Of a stretch of DNA of 54,520 nt, positions 37,401 through 49,327 are shown piece by piece. This stretch comes from Octopus bimaculoides (lineage: Eukaryota). Where the stretch lies: the NCBI RefSeq assembly GCF_001194135.2, contig NC_068991.1:10469372-10523891 (forward strand), in the 5' to 3' direction. Every line of letters begins with the position of its first letter. The stretch's first letter is position 1. Made by a program: the position numbers and the translations under genes. A model generated the notes under the pieces. The model saw only the letters and a list, made by a program, of their open reading frames with translations. It made no database searches and was not told the origin of the DNA.

Positions 37401-37819
37401 TTATAGAAACACCGTGACAAAAATGCAATTCTCCAATCAATTATGTAAAAGCACATCCAAGACTTTTTGATATTCAAAGGAATGACTGTTACAGAAAATC
37501 ATTAAATTCTTGCATCCAGCTGAAACCTGTCTAATTTTCTGAGATTGCTATCCATTCTTAAGTGTTTGGTGCTGATTTCAAAGTTACTGCGCATTTTGTC
37601 AACTTGAAATGATTGACTTTTGTGAATTCATTTGTTTTATTGCTCTATGTCTGTTTAACCTTTGCGATACTGAGATCATTCACCTGTGACAGTCTCCAGC
37701 GCTTTGTTACCGAACCATCTGAGATCACCCCTGGGCAGGTGATGCGGAATTTGTTTTGAAGTGTTTCTCTTTAAATTAAAAGCATCCAATATAATTTTTT
37801 ATCTCCCTTTTCCGTATTC

Positions 37820-38215
37820 TACTTGTTTAAGTAATTGGACTGTGGCCATGCGGGGGCACTGTATTGAAGGGATTAGTCAAACAAATCAGCCCTTTTACTT
37901 ATTTTTAAGTATGGTACTTATTCTCTCCATCACTTTTGCTGAACCACTAGGTTACGGGGATGCAAACAAACCAACAACTGGTGTCGAGCATTGGTGGGAG
38001 GCAAACACAAAGACATACATATATGCATATATATATATATATGTGTATGCATATGGCAGGCTTCCACACAGTTTCCACCTACTGAATTCACTCACAAGGC
38101 ATCAGTCAACCCAGAGCTATGTTGAAAGCACTTAGCCAAGGTATTGCATAGAGGGACTGAACCTGAAACCATGTGGTTGCAAAACAAGCTCCTTAACCAC
38201 ATGGCCAAGCCCATA
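37820..38215 (-). mobile_element. SINE family A1, full length
   Basis: Tail gactgtggccatgc..., internal (TA)n, head ...cttaaccacatggcca. Confidence 0.8.
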
Positions 38216-38723
38216 AAAAATATTTTAGTTAAGTTTGAAATGCTAGAATACTTTTGGAGAAACTGGCTTTTTTTTGCAGAGCCCTTCCAAATTCTTGATT
38301 ATTTCCCAAATTAATTGACACACATGAACAGTCATACTTGTTTAGAAGCATGGCCATGAATGGATCAAACTTTAATTAATATTTTTGATTTTGAATTTTT
38401 CTCAGGTAATAAAACTAAGAAAGGCTTTGTTACCATTTTAACTGCTTTCAGGTAATTAAATGGTGAAGTGGTGGAATGGTTAGAATGCTGGATAAAATGA
38501 CTTGTGGTATTTGTTCTAACTCTCTGCACTCTGAGTTCAAATCTTGCTGAAGTCATCTTTCCTTTTAGCATTTCAGGGTTGATAAATAAAGTACCAATCC
38601 AGAGCAGTGGGCTGGTGGAACGGTTGGAGCACTGGGCAAGATGTTTTGTGATCACTGTCCTCGCGGTTAGCATTTTGACAGCAACACCAGCTGTGATACT
38701 GGTACCAAGCTATATCTGCTAGA

Positions 38724-38937
38724 ATTACTATTATTATGGCTGGATTCCAGCCCAGGCCACAGCAATAACGTTCGCCTGCCACACGTCTCAGTCCATCTTC
38801 ACTGCCTCGAGGTCCTGGATACATTCCAGGCCTGTGTCTGCAATCAAATTGTCGATGTAGGTGTGACAACGTTTTTCTCATTTTACATCACCATGAAGTA
38901 GGTTCCATGAGACTAATTTGGACGCTTCCTGTTCAGC
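38724..38937 (-). mobile_element. RTE-group LINE 3' end with (TAA)n tail
   Basis: EASKLVSWNLLHGDVK*EKRCHTYIDNLIADTGLECIQDLEAVKMD*DVWQ...IQP*; both internal stops are TGA where Arg (CGA) is expected. Confidence 0.65.
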
Positions 38938-38950
38938 TGTCTTTATCTGA

Positions 38951-39296
38951 TTTAAGGACACACTGAAAGCTTTAAGGACACACTGAAAGCCTCACTGAAA
39001 GCCTTCAACATTGACCATGCAACTTGAGAGCAGTCTGTTCTAGACAGAGAAAGGTGGTTATCAGCTGTCCACAAGAGTGCCAACACATGCGAGACCAATA
39101 GGATTGCTGCTGCAGACAAGCCAGGAAGAACAGAGCTAACAACCCTGTAGCAGGCGCTACCATTCCCTGTCCACACTGTCAAAGACTCTTTCGGGTGCAG
39201 ATTGGCCTCACTAGCCATCTGTGGACTCACAAAAAAAGCCCACCCCTACCCCGGGATGACTAGATGGTCTTTGTCGCATGGACGGATAAACTACAC
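38951..39296 (+). mobile_element. RTE-clade LINE 3' end (C2H2 tail)
   Basis: FKDTLKASLKAFNIDHAT*EQSVLDRERW...IPCPHCQRLFRVQIGLTSHLWTH; short 3' UTR gatggtctttgtcgcatggacgga; 20-bp tandem duplication at the 5' junction. Confidence 0.85.
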
Positions 39297-39347
39297 CTGA
39301 TTTTCTCACTAACTTTGAACAGGTTTCCATAAAGGCTAGAAATATCT
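39297..39347 (-). CDS. Candidate 51-nt exon
   Basis: Minus strand: tttttctttctttctcctaag|AGATA...AATCAG|gtgtag; open in phase 1 (IFLAFMETCSKLVRKS) and phase 2; the donor lies in the RTE tail, which weakens the call. Confidence 0.15.
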
Positions 39348-39843
39348 CTTAGGAGAAAGAAAGAAAAATAAAGGATATACATTGGATAATGCAGTTCTAG
39401 AAATACTAGGTCTGTAAAATAAGAGAAAACAGGATGTTCATTGCAAGAATGTCTTTGGTCATTGGCATGCATGTTTGTTGGGGGCCAACCATGGAGCTAA
39501 ACAACAAGTATATGGAAGTGGTTAAATAACTTCTCTACAGACAGTAAATGACTAAATACTTTAGCTGCATGTGAAATTATGCAGCTGCTGCATGTGAAAT
39601 TATGCAGATGCTGCATGTGCATATTGAATTATTCATCTGCTGTGCATGTGCAGTGCAACACATGCAGTGATTCCCACAAATTAACGAGGAAGGGATACGT
39701 TTGAATAAGATCCATCTTTAATACACCAGAATGTCGGCTGGTTTGTTCGTTGGTTAGTTGGAACAGCTAAATTAATTGATGAAATTTTAAACATTGGGTT
39801 GGAAATTGATAAATAACGAAAATTATTGTGCTCAGGCATAATC

Positions 39844-39909
<66 letters not shown>

Positions 39910-40464
39910 AGTGAGTGACATTCTGAAGGTATGCATGGTTAAATGCACAACAGGAAAGCCCAATGATGTTACATTAAGCTATTCATATGTCCTAATGGTT
40001 TTACAGGTCACTCTACTGGAGAGAGTGGAGATTGTGGAAACGTTGTTCTTCAGTTAATGAGAGAGAGAGGGAGAGGGAGAGGGAGAGGGAGAGGAAGAGA
40101 CTAGTGGAAGCTGTGTTCTCAGAATCTTCAGAAGCTGTCATCAGGATGAAAGCACGCAAGAGCAATTGACTTCGTCTGATGCTTGCATTTGGAATGATAG
40201 CTGTTCTGTAGAATAATTGGCAATGCAGTTTTCTTTCAAGTTATAGACACATGGCTTGAGTATTAGGGTCTGTTTCTCTTCGTTTTCTCAAATTGGTGCT
40301 TATAAAATTATATGATGTCTCTCTCTGCTTCTCTCTGTTTCCTCAACCCCGCTTCTTGTTAGATTTTACTGCATTAAGTTGTATCAACACTTCTGTACCT
40401 TTGCTTTTTTCTTGGATGGGCTGTTGGCCCTAAGCAAATCCATTTTAACATCTGGAAGGTGGCC

Positions 40465-40575
40465 TCTAAACTTTGACCTGTCCAGCATGAGTGGCCCTAC
40501 CAGGACCTTGTGCTCTGCTGGCATGGCTCTATGGGTCATTGGGGCACACAAGCCACCACAGCGCAACAAAAACTG
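40465..40575 (-). mobile_element. RTE (Rex3/Expander-like) 5' UTR fragment
   Basis: Minus strand ggcttgtgtgccccaatgaccc.agagccatgcc...cctggtagggccactcatg...acaggtc resembles the conserved RTE 5' UTR as recalled. Confidence 0.5.
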
Positions 40576-40862
40576 GACCTCATGGTGGAAAAAAAGTCAT
40601 CACAACTTTTCTTCATTTGTTACTTGGAGGATCTTACAAATTACGAAACTCTGAGTAACATTGAAGTGAATCATCAATTTTGAACAAACAGATAAACATT
40701 GTTACATATATTTGTTACTCTTTCTCCTGGTTGTAAATCCATCTATCTCTATGTGTGGATATGTGTGTATATCTCTCCGTTAGTCTATATCTCTATTGCA
40801 CACTTGTATGTATGAATGTATGAGGGTAAATGTGTATGTCCATATATATGCATATGTATTTA

Positions 40863-40898
<36 letters not shown>

Positions 40899-41214
40899 AA
40901 TAAAGGGTTATCATGACTTTTCTACCATGTAATTGCTTCGTTTTCAACAAACAATCTCCAATCAAGTCACTTGTGAAACTAGTACAACACTCCAAAATTG
41001 GTTTTTAAATGTTTTGTGTGAACATCACCTAATATAAAATATATTTCATTTTATTGCTAATAATGTGTTGTTACAATGAAATTAGTCTATTCTCTTCACT
41101 ACGTCCTTCAGAAAGTAATTATTTTGCCACAGCTAACTTCATTGGTCACTTGCCATGTTTTAATAGCAGTAGCATAACAGTTTTACTTCAATCTATGAAA
41201 TGAAAATTCTGGTT

Positions 41215-41259
<45 letters not shown>

Positions 41260-41318
41260 AACATACACTTAACTCAAGAGTAACTCTCCTTCTCTTGTGC
41301 AGAAGGAAGGATGTGAGT

Positions 41319-41354
<36 letters not shown>

Positions 41355-41359
41355 TGTGT

Positions 41360-41560
41360 ATCATCATCATCATTTAATGCCAGCCTTCCATGCTTGTATG
41401 GGTTGGATGATTTGGCAAGAGCTGGCAAACCAGAAGACTGCTGCACCAAGTCCTGTCTTCTTTGGCAGGGTTTCTATGACTGGATGCCCTTCCTAACACC
41501 ACCCACTTTGCAGAGTGAACTGAGTGCTTTTTATGTGGCACCAGCACCAGTGAGGTCACT
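41360..41560 (-). mobile_element. Family B retroposon
   Basis: (CAT)n ttaatgccagccttccatgc...gactggatgcccttcctaacacc. Confidence 0.8.
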
Positions 41561-41714
41561 GGGTAACTTGCATGACAAAAACCACTCTATAGAGAGGAGA
41601 GTAATATTGAGGGCAGTGGTTTTGCGTCTAGTGATAAAACGCTGGAGTATGATAGAGGAGTAGAAACAACCCTCTTGCAACAGAGGAAAGCGTTTCATTT
41701 TTTCATTGCTTTAC

Positions 41715-41932
41715 TGTTTTGCATTCAGATTCCTTTGCCAAATGAAATGCTTATTTATTCACATTATTTTGAATTAATCATGTATTCTCATAGCTTTGAG
41801 ATTTCAATGTTGTGATTGTTTATTTTAAGAATAACATTGTAGGGCAGGTGTAAGAGGCTGGATCTGGTCAGTTTGAATATAAAACAGAATATTTGGGTTC
41901 AGATATGGCCAATTTAAATGCTAAATGGTTAA
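41715..41932 (+). mobile_element. piggyBac-type MITE, diverged copy
   Basis: Colinear with 48711-48930; ends aaatgctaaatggTTAA; a third, reversed partial copy at about 54197-54312. Confidence 0.65.
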
Positions 41933-42224
41933 TCAGGAAGAAAAAGGCAGTGCTTGTGACTTTTTATAGGGTCTCTGAGACTGGAAAAAGGGAGTTATGT
42001 AGGTGTCCAAAAACTTGATGCCTGGCCTGAATGCTTGTGAAAGCGTGGACTTAAAACTTCAGAAGGGTCTGCACATAACCATCTGTCATTTCTTCTGTTA
42101 ATTTTTTGATCTTGGTCAAAATTTTTCTCAGCCACTTGCATGCCAATTCAGTGAGCAGGTAGATCAGTCGATTGAACAAATGGAAAGCTTGTCTTTTATT
42201 TATTTATTTATTTTTGTTGTCTTT

Positions 42225-42600
42225 TACTTGTTTCACTCATTGAATTGTGACCATGCTGGGGCACTGCCTTGACAGGTTTTAGCTGAACAAATCAACCCCA
42301 GTACTTTCATTATTTTCAAAGCCTGGTACTTACTCTCTCGGTCTCTTTTGCCAAACTGCTAAGTTATGGGGCTGTAAACAAATCAGCCCTCGTTGTCAAG
42401 TAGTTGAGGGAGGGATGTGATAAACACTGATGCACACACACACACAGCAGGTTTCTTCACAGTTTCCATCTGCCAGATCCACTCACAGAGCGTTGGTCAA
42501 TTCAGTTCTATACTAAGAGACACTTGCCCAAAGTGACATGCAGTGGGATGGAACCTGAAACCTTGTGGTTGCATAGTGAGTTTCTTAATCACATGAGAAG
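42225..42600 (-). mobile_element. SINE family A1, full length, diverged
   Basis: cttttacttgtttcactcattg...ccatgctggggcactgcc...gaacctgaaaccttgtggttg. Confidence 0.8.
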
Positions 42601-43149
42601 TTCTTATCATAGTGTATTTTTTAATTTTTTGTGCACAAAATAAAATATCAAGATCAGTAGGCCATTAGATGAAATATCTTGCATTTAGTTACATCCGTCT
42701 ATGTACTGACGTCATATCCTACCCTGATTAGCTGTGTTTTTCTCATCTTTCTGAAGTTGATAAAATAACTAGGTACCAGTTACATGTACTGGGGACGTTG
42801 ATCTAAATAACTATAGCCATGAAGTGTGTGCTCCTGTATGGCCGTAGCCAAAGGATTGAAATTAAGTCTAGAAAGAGTATTAGTGTGTGTGTGTGTGTGT
42901 GTGTATGTGTGTGAGAGAGAGATTTTGAGAATTTTGTCTGGTACTGATATATTTTTGTGTTTTTAACAATGTGTGTCTGTAAGAGATACTATCTGAGGAT
43001 GAATAACACAGAATGTCTGCTTTAAGTACACAAATTATTTCACACTAACACTGCTTCAATCACACGTAACAAATGCATGCACACACCCTCACACACACCC
43101 CTTGGGCTGATCAATACCTTGTATGGCATATGTAAACTTAATGTACATA

Positions 43150-43330
43150 CAGTGCTAAAGCACTCCCTACACGTATGGAGTGGTTGGCGTCAGGAAGGGC
43201 ATCCAGCTGTAGAAACCTTGCCAGATCAGATTGGAGCCTGGTGTAGCCTCCTGGCTTACCAGTCTCCAGTCAAACTGTCAAACCCATGCCAGCATGGAAA
43301 ACAGACGTTAAACGATGATGATGATGATAT
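43150..43330 (+). mobile_element. Family B retroposon
   Basis: ggagtggttggcgtcaggaagggcatccagctgtagaaacc...gacgttaaacgatgatgatgat. Confidence 0.9.
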
Positions 43331-44196
43331 CTATCTATCTATCTATCTATATATATATATATATATATATTATATTATATTAACATTTTGTCTTAGACAA
43401 AACTAACTGCAACAGATTTTCCAAGGCTTTGATGCCTTTGCTGTTGCCTGTTTCCAGGTAAGGTAATATTTCTTCTAGCCCTTTGCATAACGAACAGTTT
43501 CAAGGCCAGGTATATTTCCATGATAGTTTGTAAACAATGACAGCTCTCACATAGATGGTGACCTTGTTTTCTCATGGTGTGCAAACAACATGCAGTTCAA
43601 TAGCCGGCTGTCTTTTAATCACAGACTGTAAACAACAACAATATTTACCTGAGCAGTGACCTTGTTTCCACTCAGTGTGCAAACAATGTCAAGACCGTGG
43701 GAAAACACTCCTATGCACATGCATATTGCGCAGGAGTGGCTGTCTGGTAAGTAACTTGCTTACGAACCACATGGTTCTGGGTTCAGTCCCACTGCGTAGC
43801 ACCTTGGGCAAATGTCTTCTACTATAGCCTCGGGCTGAATAAAGCCTTGTGAGTGGATTTGGTAGACAGAAACTTGTCTGTCTATACTTTCACAGATGTT
43901 TAGAAATGAAGGATACTGTTTATATGATAGTGACACTTGTTTACAACTATCAGTACTTTTTTATTGATGTTTAAAATCCTGGTACATAGTCTATCGGTAT
44001 CTTTTGCCAAACAGCTAAGTTACAGGGACATAAACACCAGTTATCAAGCAGTGGTGGAGAAGCCTGTCGTGTGTATGTATATATATATATATATATATAT
44101 ATGGGAGAATTTATGAAAAAAACAACAACAGACGAGGACAGGTGGTGTAAACAACAAAAGGATGTATTAGTTTAATGCTCGGGAATAGAGAAAGTC

Positions 44197-44230
44197 TATA
44201 ACGTTTCGAACTACGCTCTTCAACAGAAAG
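44197..44230 (-). ncRNA. Degenerate minimal (Penelope-type) hammerhead motif
   Basis: Minus strand: cttt CTGTTGA a gagc gta gttc GAA ACGT t atag; A6>U lesion, 4-bp stem II, ACGT palindromic stem III, stem I 3/4 paired; inside a ~190-bp unit flanked by (TA)n and (CA)n. Confidence 0.5.
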
Positions 44231-44599
44231 AAATAAGGAGAAAAACAAGGAGGAAAACACGGAGAAAAAAAATTTAAATGTAGTGGTCAGCGATCTATAC
44301 ACACACACACACACACACACATGTTTATGTATGTAAAGAAATAATTGAGATTCAGTTGAACTAGGTACTTAAATTGAAGCACCAATTCAGTGTGCTATTA
44401 TCCATACAACTCAAAGTAAGGTGAATAAATTCAAAATCAAAATCCTGTTGCTTATTTTGATTATATATGTATGTATATGTTTGTCCCCACCCACCCACCA
44501 TTGCTTGACAACCGATGCTGGCGTGTTTACGTCCCCATAACTTAGCTGTTCCCAGCATAGCCGCTGTCCAATGAATGAAACAAGTAGAACAGACGACAC

Positions 44600-44778
44600 G
44601 AAAGGCCTGGCTGGTGGCCCAACTTTCTGAGTTCTTTTATAGGCTTTAGAATAGCTGAAGGGTCACTGCAATAAGTGTGTGAATCTGAGAGGGGAATACA
44701 TTGAATAAAATCATAATTAACTGATCCTCCTGTATTTTCTTTTACCCAAAGTCAGAAACTTTTCAGCACTCCTTTGTA
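44600..44778 (+). mobile_element. Mariner-derived non-autonomous element, right end
   Basis: ...NKCVNLRGEYIE*, then TIR aacttttcagcactcctttgTA, the reverse complement of the left TIR at 23022. Confidence 0.7.
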
Positions 44779-45418
44779 TATGCAACCCCTAGTACATACA
44801 AACCCTACCCTCCACACATGCAAATATACATGCATACTTATGTATACATACTTCCATATTGATATAATTTACAGTTCTAGTCTATATGGATTGTCTTTTC
44901 TTTTTTTCTCTTTTTTCTTGAACGTTTTCTTAACTTATGAATTTAATTTAAAATGAACATTCCTGGAATTTGCCAGCCAGACAAAACCCGGTCAAAGGTT
45001 AACCTTGTTTCAACAATTCAGCTGAGGAGGTCGCTCCCCACACCTGCCACATCTAAGGTTTCACTTCTACCCCTCTCTCACCCCTCTGCATGTCTCAGTT
45101 TTGATATAGGAGAAATATAACATGCTAAGACAGGGTAGTGAATGTAATATATTTAGGAGTTAGCGTTTGAGAATGTTATGTTTTGTTGGAGAGTATCAAC
45201 TTACCTTGACTATAATCCTGCTTATAACCAGATTGTACTGGGTTTAGTTCAATGAGGGAACTGTTTCAGGACAAATCAGCTTGCTGGAAACAACAGCCAA
45301 ACCGCCCTCAAACTATACACCCTACTTGCCTTCACTGTAATCCTGTTTGTAATGAGATTGCACTGGGCTTCCCGCAATGAGGGAACCTCTTCATATATAT
45401 GTATATAGATATATATAG

Positions 45419-45419
<1 letters not shown>

Positions 45420-45463
<44 letters not shown>

Positions 45464-45730
45464 TCCCCCCAGCATCGCTTGACAACCGATGGTGGTGTGT
45501 TTACGTCCCCGTAACTTAGCGGTTCGGCAAAAGAGACCGATAGAATAAGTACTAGGCTTCCAAAGNNNNNNNNNNTCCCCGTAACTTAGCGGTTCGGCAA
45601 AAGAGACCGATAGAATAAGTACTAGGCTTCCAAAGAATAAGTCCTAGGGTCGATTTGCTCGACTAAAGACGGTGCTCCAGCATGGCCACAGTCAAATGAC
45701 TGAAACAAGTAAAAGAGTAAAAGAGTATAC
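45420..45730 (+). mobile_element. SINE family A1 3' half, young
   Basis: (TG)n ttgtcccccagcatcgcttgacaaccgatgg...gactgaaacaagtaaaagagtaaaagag; 10-N gap with duplicated flanks. Confidence 0.9.
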
Positions 45731-46267
45731 AAATAGAATGAGAGAAAGTGGGGGAAGCATCATATTTTACTAATTGAGCAAATTAACATCAATGCTTTCC
45801 CTTTCCTCAAACACATAAACAGAGATATGCTCACACAGAGAGAACCAAGGAGGGGGATGGGGAGAGAGAGAGAGAATGAAAGAAACATTAAAAGGTCCAT
45901 TGTCAAATAAGTCAACCTCGAATCAGTATTGCCAAACTAGCAGCAACAAAACAGCTGTGCCAAAATGTCTCATACTCATCTGGAAACCCGGCCTAAATGC
46001 TTGCAAAAGCACAGAAGAATGGTAATCTGTGGTGGTCGGTGCTGGTTGTCATGCTAATCTAGTTTTTGTTTTCCACCAATGAAAAGAAATGGTCCAACCA
46101 ACAGACGGCTTTTTGCACTGTTTTCATTCCCCCAATTTTTCTCACAGTGCTTTAGTTAATCTGAAGATGTGCTGCACAATGTGATTGAACCTGAGACCAT
46201 GTGTTTGTGAAGAAGACTTCTTAGCCTTCTAATACACAGGCCTCTCCATCTAAATTCACCCTCCACC

Positions 46268-46344
46268 TGGGCTCCTAGAGCACCGTGACACGTAATCACG
46301 GAGGTGTGAGTTTGAGTCTCATAGCCGGCCGCCAATACTTTTTT
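46268..46344 (+). pseudogene. tRNA-like pseudogene (anticodon CGT, Thr-like)
   Basis: D-stem gctc/gagc with collapsed loop; anticodon arm ccgtga-cacgtaa-tcacgg; T arm gtgag-tttgagt-ctcat; 3' gccggc; T6 run at 46339-46344; 5' acceptor strand lost. Confidence 0.5.
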
Positions 46345-46479
46345 CTGCAAAATAGGGGTAGCTTATCCTGTTCAGGCTATATAACTAGCATTATCCTGCG
46401 TTTGAGAATTTAAAAATCACTTCTTTAACTTTCTAAGACATCTCAACGCTTCTAAAGCAAATTTCGTTTGTTTGTTTAT

Positions 46480-46785
46480 ATCATCATCATCATCATTTAA
46501 CGCCCACTTTCCATGCTAGCATGGGTTGGACGATTTGACTGAGGACTGGTGAAACCTGATGGCTACACCAGGCTCCAATCTGATTTGGCAGAGTTTCTAC
46601 AGTTGGATGCCCTTCCTAATGCCAACTACTCAGAGAGTGTAGTGGGTGTTTTTACGTGCCACCAGCACGAAGTCCAGCCAGGCGGTACTGGCAACGGCCA
46701 CGCTCGAAATGGTGTATTTTATGTGCCACCCGCACAAGAGCCAGTCCAGGGGCACTGGCAATGATCTCGCTCGAAAATCCTTACG
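46480..46785 (-). mobile_element. Family B retroposon, young long form
   Basis: Near-identical to the reverse complement of 51680-51956, including the ggcggtactggcaacggccacgctc block. Confidence 0.9.
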
Positions 46786-47365
46786 TTCATCGTAATTTGA
46801 ATTAAAAAATATAAATAGTTGTATATAATTGCGTCTTCCTCTTCCTGTGTTTGTTGTTCATCATGATTTTACCAGGAATCCAGCAGAGATGACATCTAAG
46901 CTATTCCCTCTTATAGCTGGAGCACAGTACGAGAGGGTCAAATGACAAAACCATGCTTGCACCCATAGTTTTCATTTGATCAGGGCACACAAAGAGATAT
47001 AATATTGGTGGTGTGTGTGTGNNNNNNNNNNNNNNNNNNNNNNNNNNNNNNNNNNNNNNNNNNNNNNNNNNNNNNNNNNNNNNNNNNNNNNNNNNNNNNN
47101 NNNNNNNNNNNNNNNNNNNNNNNNNNNNNNNNNNNNNNNNNNNNNNNNNNNNNNNNNNNNNNNNNNNNNNNNNNNNNNNNNNNNNNNNNNNNNNNNNNNN
47201 NNNNNNNNNNNNNNNNNNNNNNNNNNNNNNNNNNNNNNNNNNNNNNNNNNNNNNNNNNNNNNNNNNNNNNNNNNNNNNNNNNNNNNNNNNNNNNNNNNNN
47301 NNNNNNNNNNNNNNNNNNNNNNNNNNNNNNNNNNNNNNNNNNNNNNNNNNNNNNNNNNNNNNNNN

Positions 47366-47500
47366 TTCTTCTTCTTCTTCTTCTTCTTCTTCTTCTTCTT
47401 CTTCTTCTTCTCTTTCTTCTTCTTCTCTTTCTTCTTCTTCTCTTTCTTCTTCTTCTCTTTCTTTCTTTCCTCTTCCTTCATCATCATCATCACCATCATG
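47366..47500. repeat. (CTT)n microsatellite developing a 15-bp higher-order unit
   Basis: tttcttcttcttctc repeated about 4 times, then (CAT)n. Confidence 0.9.
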
Positions 47501-47689
47501 ATCCTTCTCATCATTTTTTCCCTTTTTTCTCTTTCACCATTTCAGCATGTGGAAATTTGCTCTGTCTCTCTCTTTGCATTCCTCTTGTCTTTTCAAACTT
47601 TGTGCCTTCCTCTGCCTGCCTTTCTTCAACTCTCTGTGCCATCAATAGCTGCTGCACATTTGCATCGATGTGATACTTGTATCAATATA

Positions 47690-48643
47690 TTGGGTTGCAA
47701 CAAAAGTGCATACTGTTCTTTTTATGCAAAATTCAAAAGCAGCATTTAGATACTTGTACGTGGTTTTATCCAACCCCATATGTCCCCTTTTGTTACTCTA
47801 CCTTTCGCCATCTTTGTGCAGCTTCATGATCCAACCTTCTCCGAACTCGGCATTTTTCTGGGTCATGAGCTGGTCCAAGTGGCTTTTTTACAGTCTTCCA
47901 AAGAACTGAAAGTCTTCCCTTTTAGAGAATTTTGTATGGATTGAAATAAATGGTAAACTGAAGATGTATTCCAAGTGAATATGATATGTATGGTAGGATA
48001 TCCCTCTCAAGCTGTACCAATTTCTTATTTCTTTATTGCCCACAAGGGGCTAAACACAGAGGGGACAATTATGAAGCACTCAGACATCTTAGAAATCCAT
48101 ATAACCAAGCATTTTCAAATGCTTTATAATGTTCATATGAGATATATGAACTACCTCTATAATGTCTTGCATCATGTGACCTGAACTATTCTTGGTTAGT
48201 GTGTTGATTCAGTCATCATCAACAGCTTAGGCCTGCCAGAAGATTGTCCATGGTCTTCCTAATCAACGTTTTCAGTCCTAATCCTAGCAAACCACTTACA
48301 AACAGTCCTCTTGGCTTTGGCGCAATCTTCATAAACTGTAGATATGGTTTTTTTTTTTTTGGGGGGGGGGGGGTTTGTTGCTGTTTGTACAATGTTTTTC
48401 TTTTCTGAAGATAAAAAAAGCAACAAATGACAAAAGTGTATTTTCATTCTCTTCCCTTCTTCCTTTTAACATTAATCAGTTGAAATAATCTATCCCCACA
48501 GTAATCAATATGGCAAGACCTGTTGAAATGTCACCTTTCAGAAAACATATGCGTATGCCATATGCTTCTGTCATGTGATAAATGGAATCCTGTGCTTAAA
48601 CACCATTAGTTGAAAGCCAATATGAACTTTTGTTCCAACGCAA
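47690..48643 (-). mobile_element. Internally deleted mariner element with both TIRs and TA TSDs
   Basis: TA-ttgggttgcaacaaaagtgcata ... tatgaacttttgttccaacgcaa-TA (23 bp, 3 mismatches); HTH region HFCHLLLF...AKRTVCKWFARIRTENVD; C-terminus YHLFQSIQNSLKGKTFSSLEDCK...QRWRKV; SINE C tail inserted at about 48020-48067. Confidence 0.9.
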
Positions 48644-48710
48644 TACAATTTAGTAGTAGTAGTAGAAGTAGTAGTTGTAGTAGTAGTAGTTGTTGTTTTT
48701 TAACTTTTAA

Positions 48711-48930
48711 CCCTTTGGCATTCAGATCTCTTGGTCAAATGTGTTGCTTATTCATTCACATTGTTTTGAATTCATCACACATTATCTTGTGGCTTCAAGA
48801 TTTCGATGGTGTGTTTGTATATTATTAGAATGGCATTGTGCGGCTGGTGTGAGAGGTAGGATTTGGACAGTTTTGACATAAAACAGGTAGAGTATTTGGG
48901 TTGGATATAGCTGGATTAAATGCTGAAGGG
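48711..48930 (+). mobile_element. piggyBac-type MITE, 220 bp
   Basis: TTAA-ccctttggcatt ... aatgctgaaggg-TTAA; TIR 10/12. Confidence 0.8.
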
Positions 48931-49114
48931 TTAACCACCAGATCAGCACAATGTGAATTGATGGAGATTTGGCTGCTATTTCTAGTTCCTTGGATGCCTC
49001 CATAGAAGCTCCTTTCGTCACTTGTAAATTCTTTGTTATGTTGTCGTTTAGACCCTGGTTATTCTTGATCCTGCAGACTTATAAAAGAGAGATTCTTTTC
49101 TATCATGATCATCA

Positions 49115-49271
49115 AGAGTGGCTGTGTGGTAAGTAGCTTGCTTACCAACCACATGGTTCTGGGTTCAGTCCCACTGCGTGGCACCTTGGGCAAGTGTCTT
49201 CTGCTATAGCCTCAGGCCGACCAAAGCCTTGTGAGTGGATTTGGTAGATGGAAACTGAAAGAAGCCTGTCG

Positions 49272-49327
<56 letters not shown>

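Noticed and set aside
15815-45625. Short direct duplications around the ten-N gaps at 15830, 36872 and 45566
   Set aside because: Unmerged contig overlaps inside SINEs; assembly artefact.
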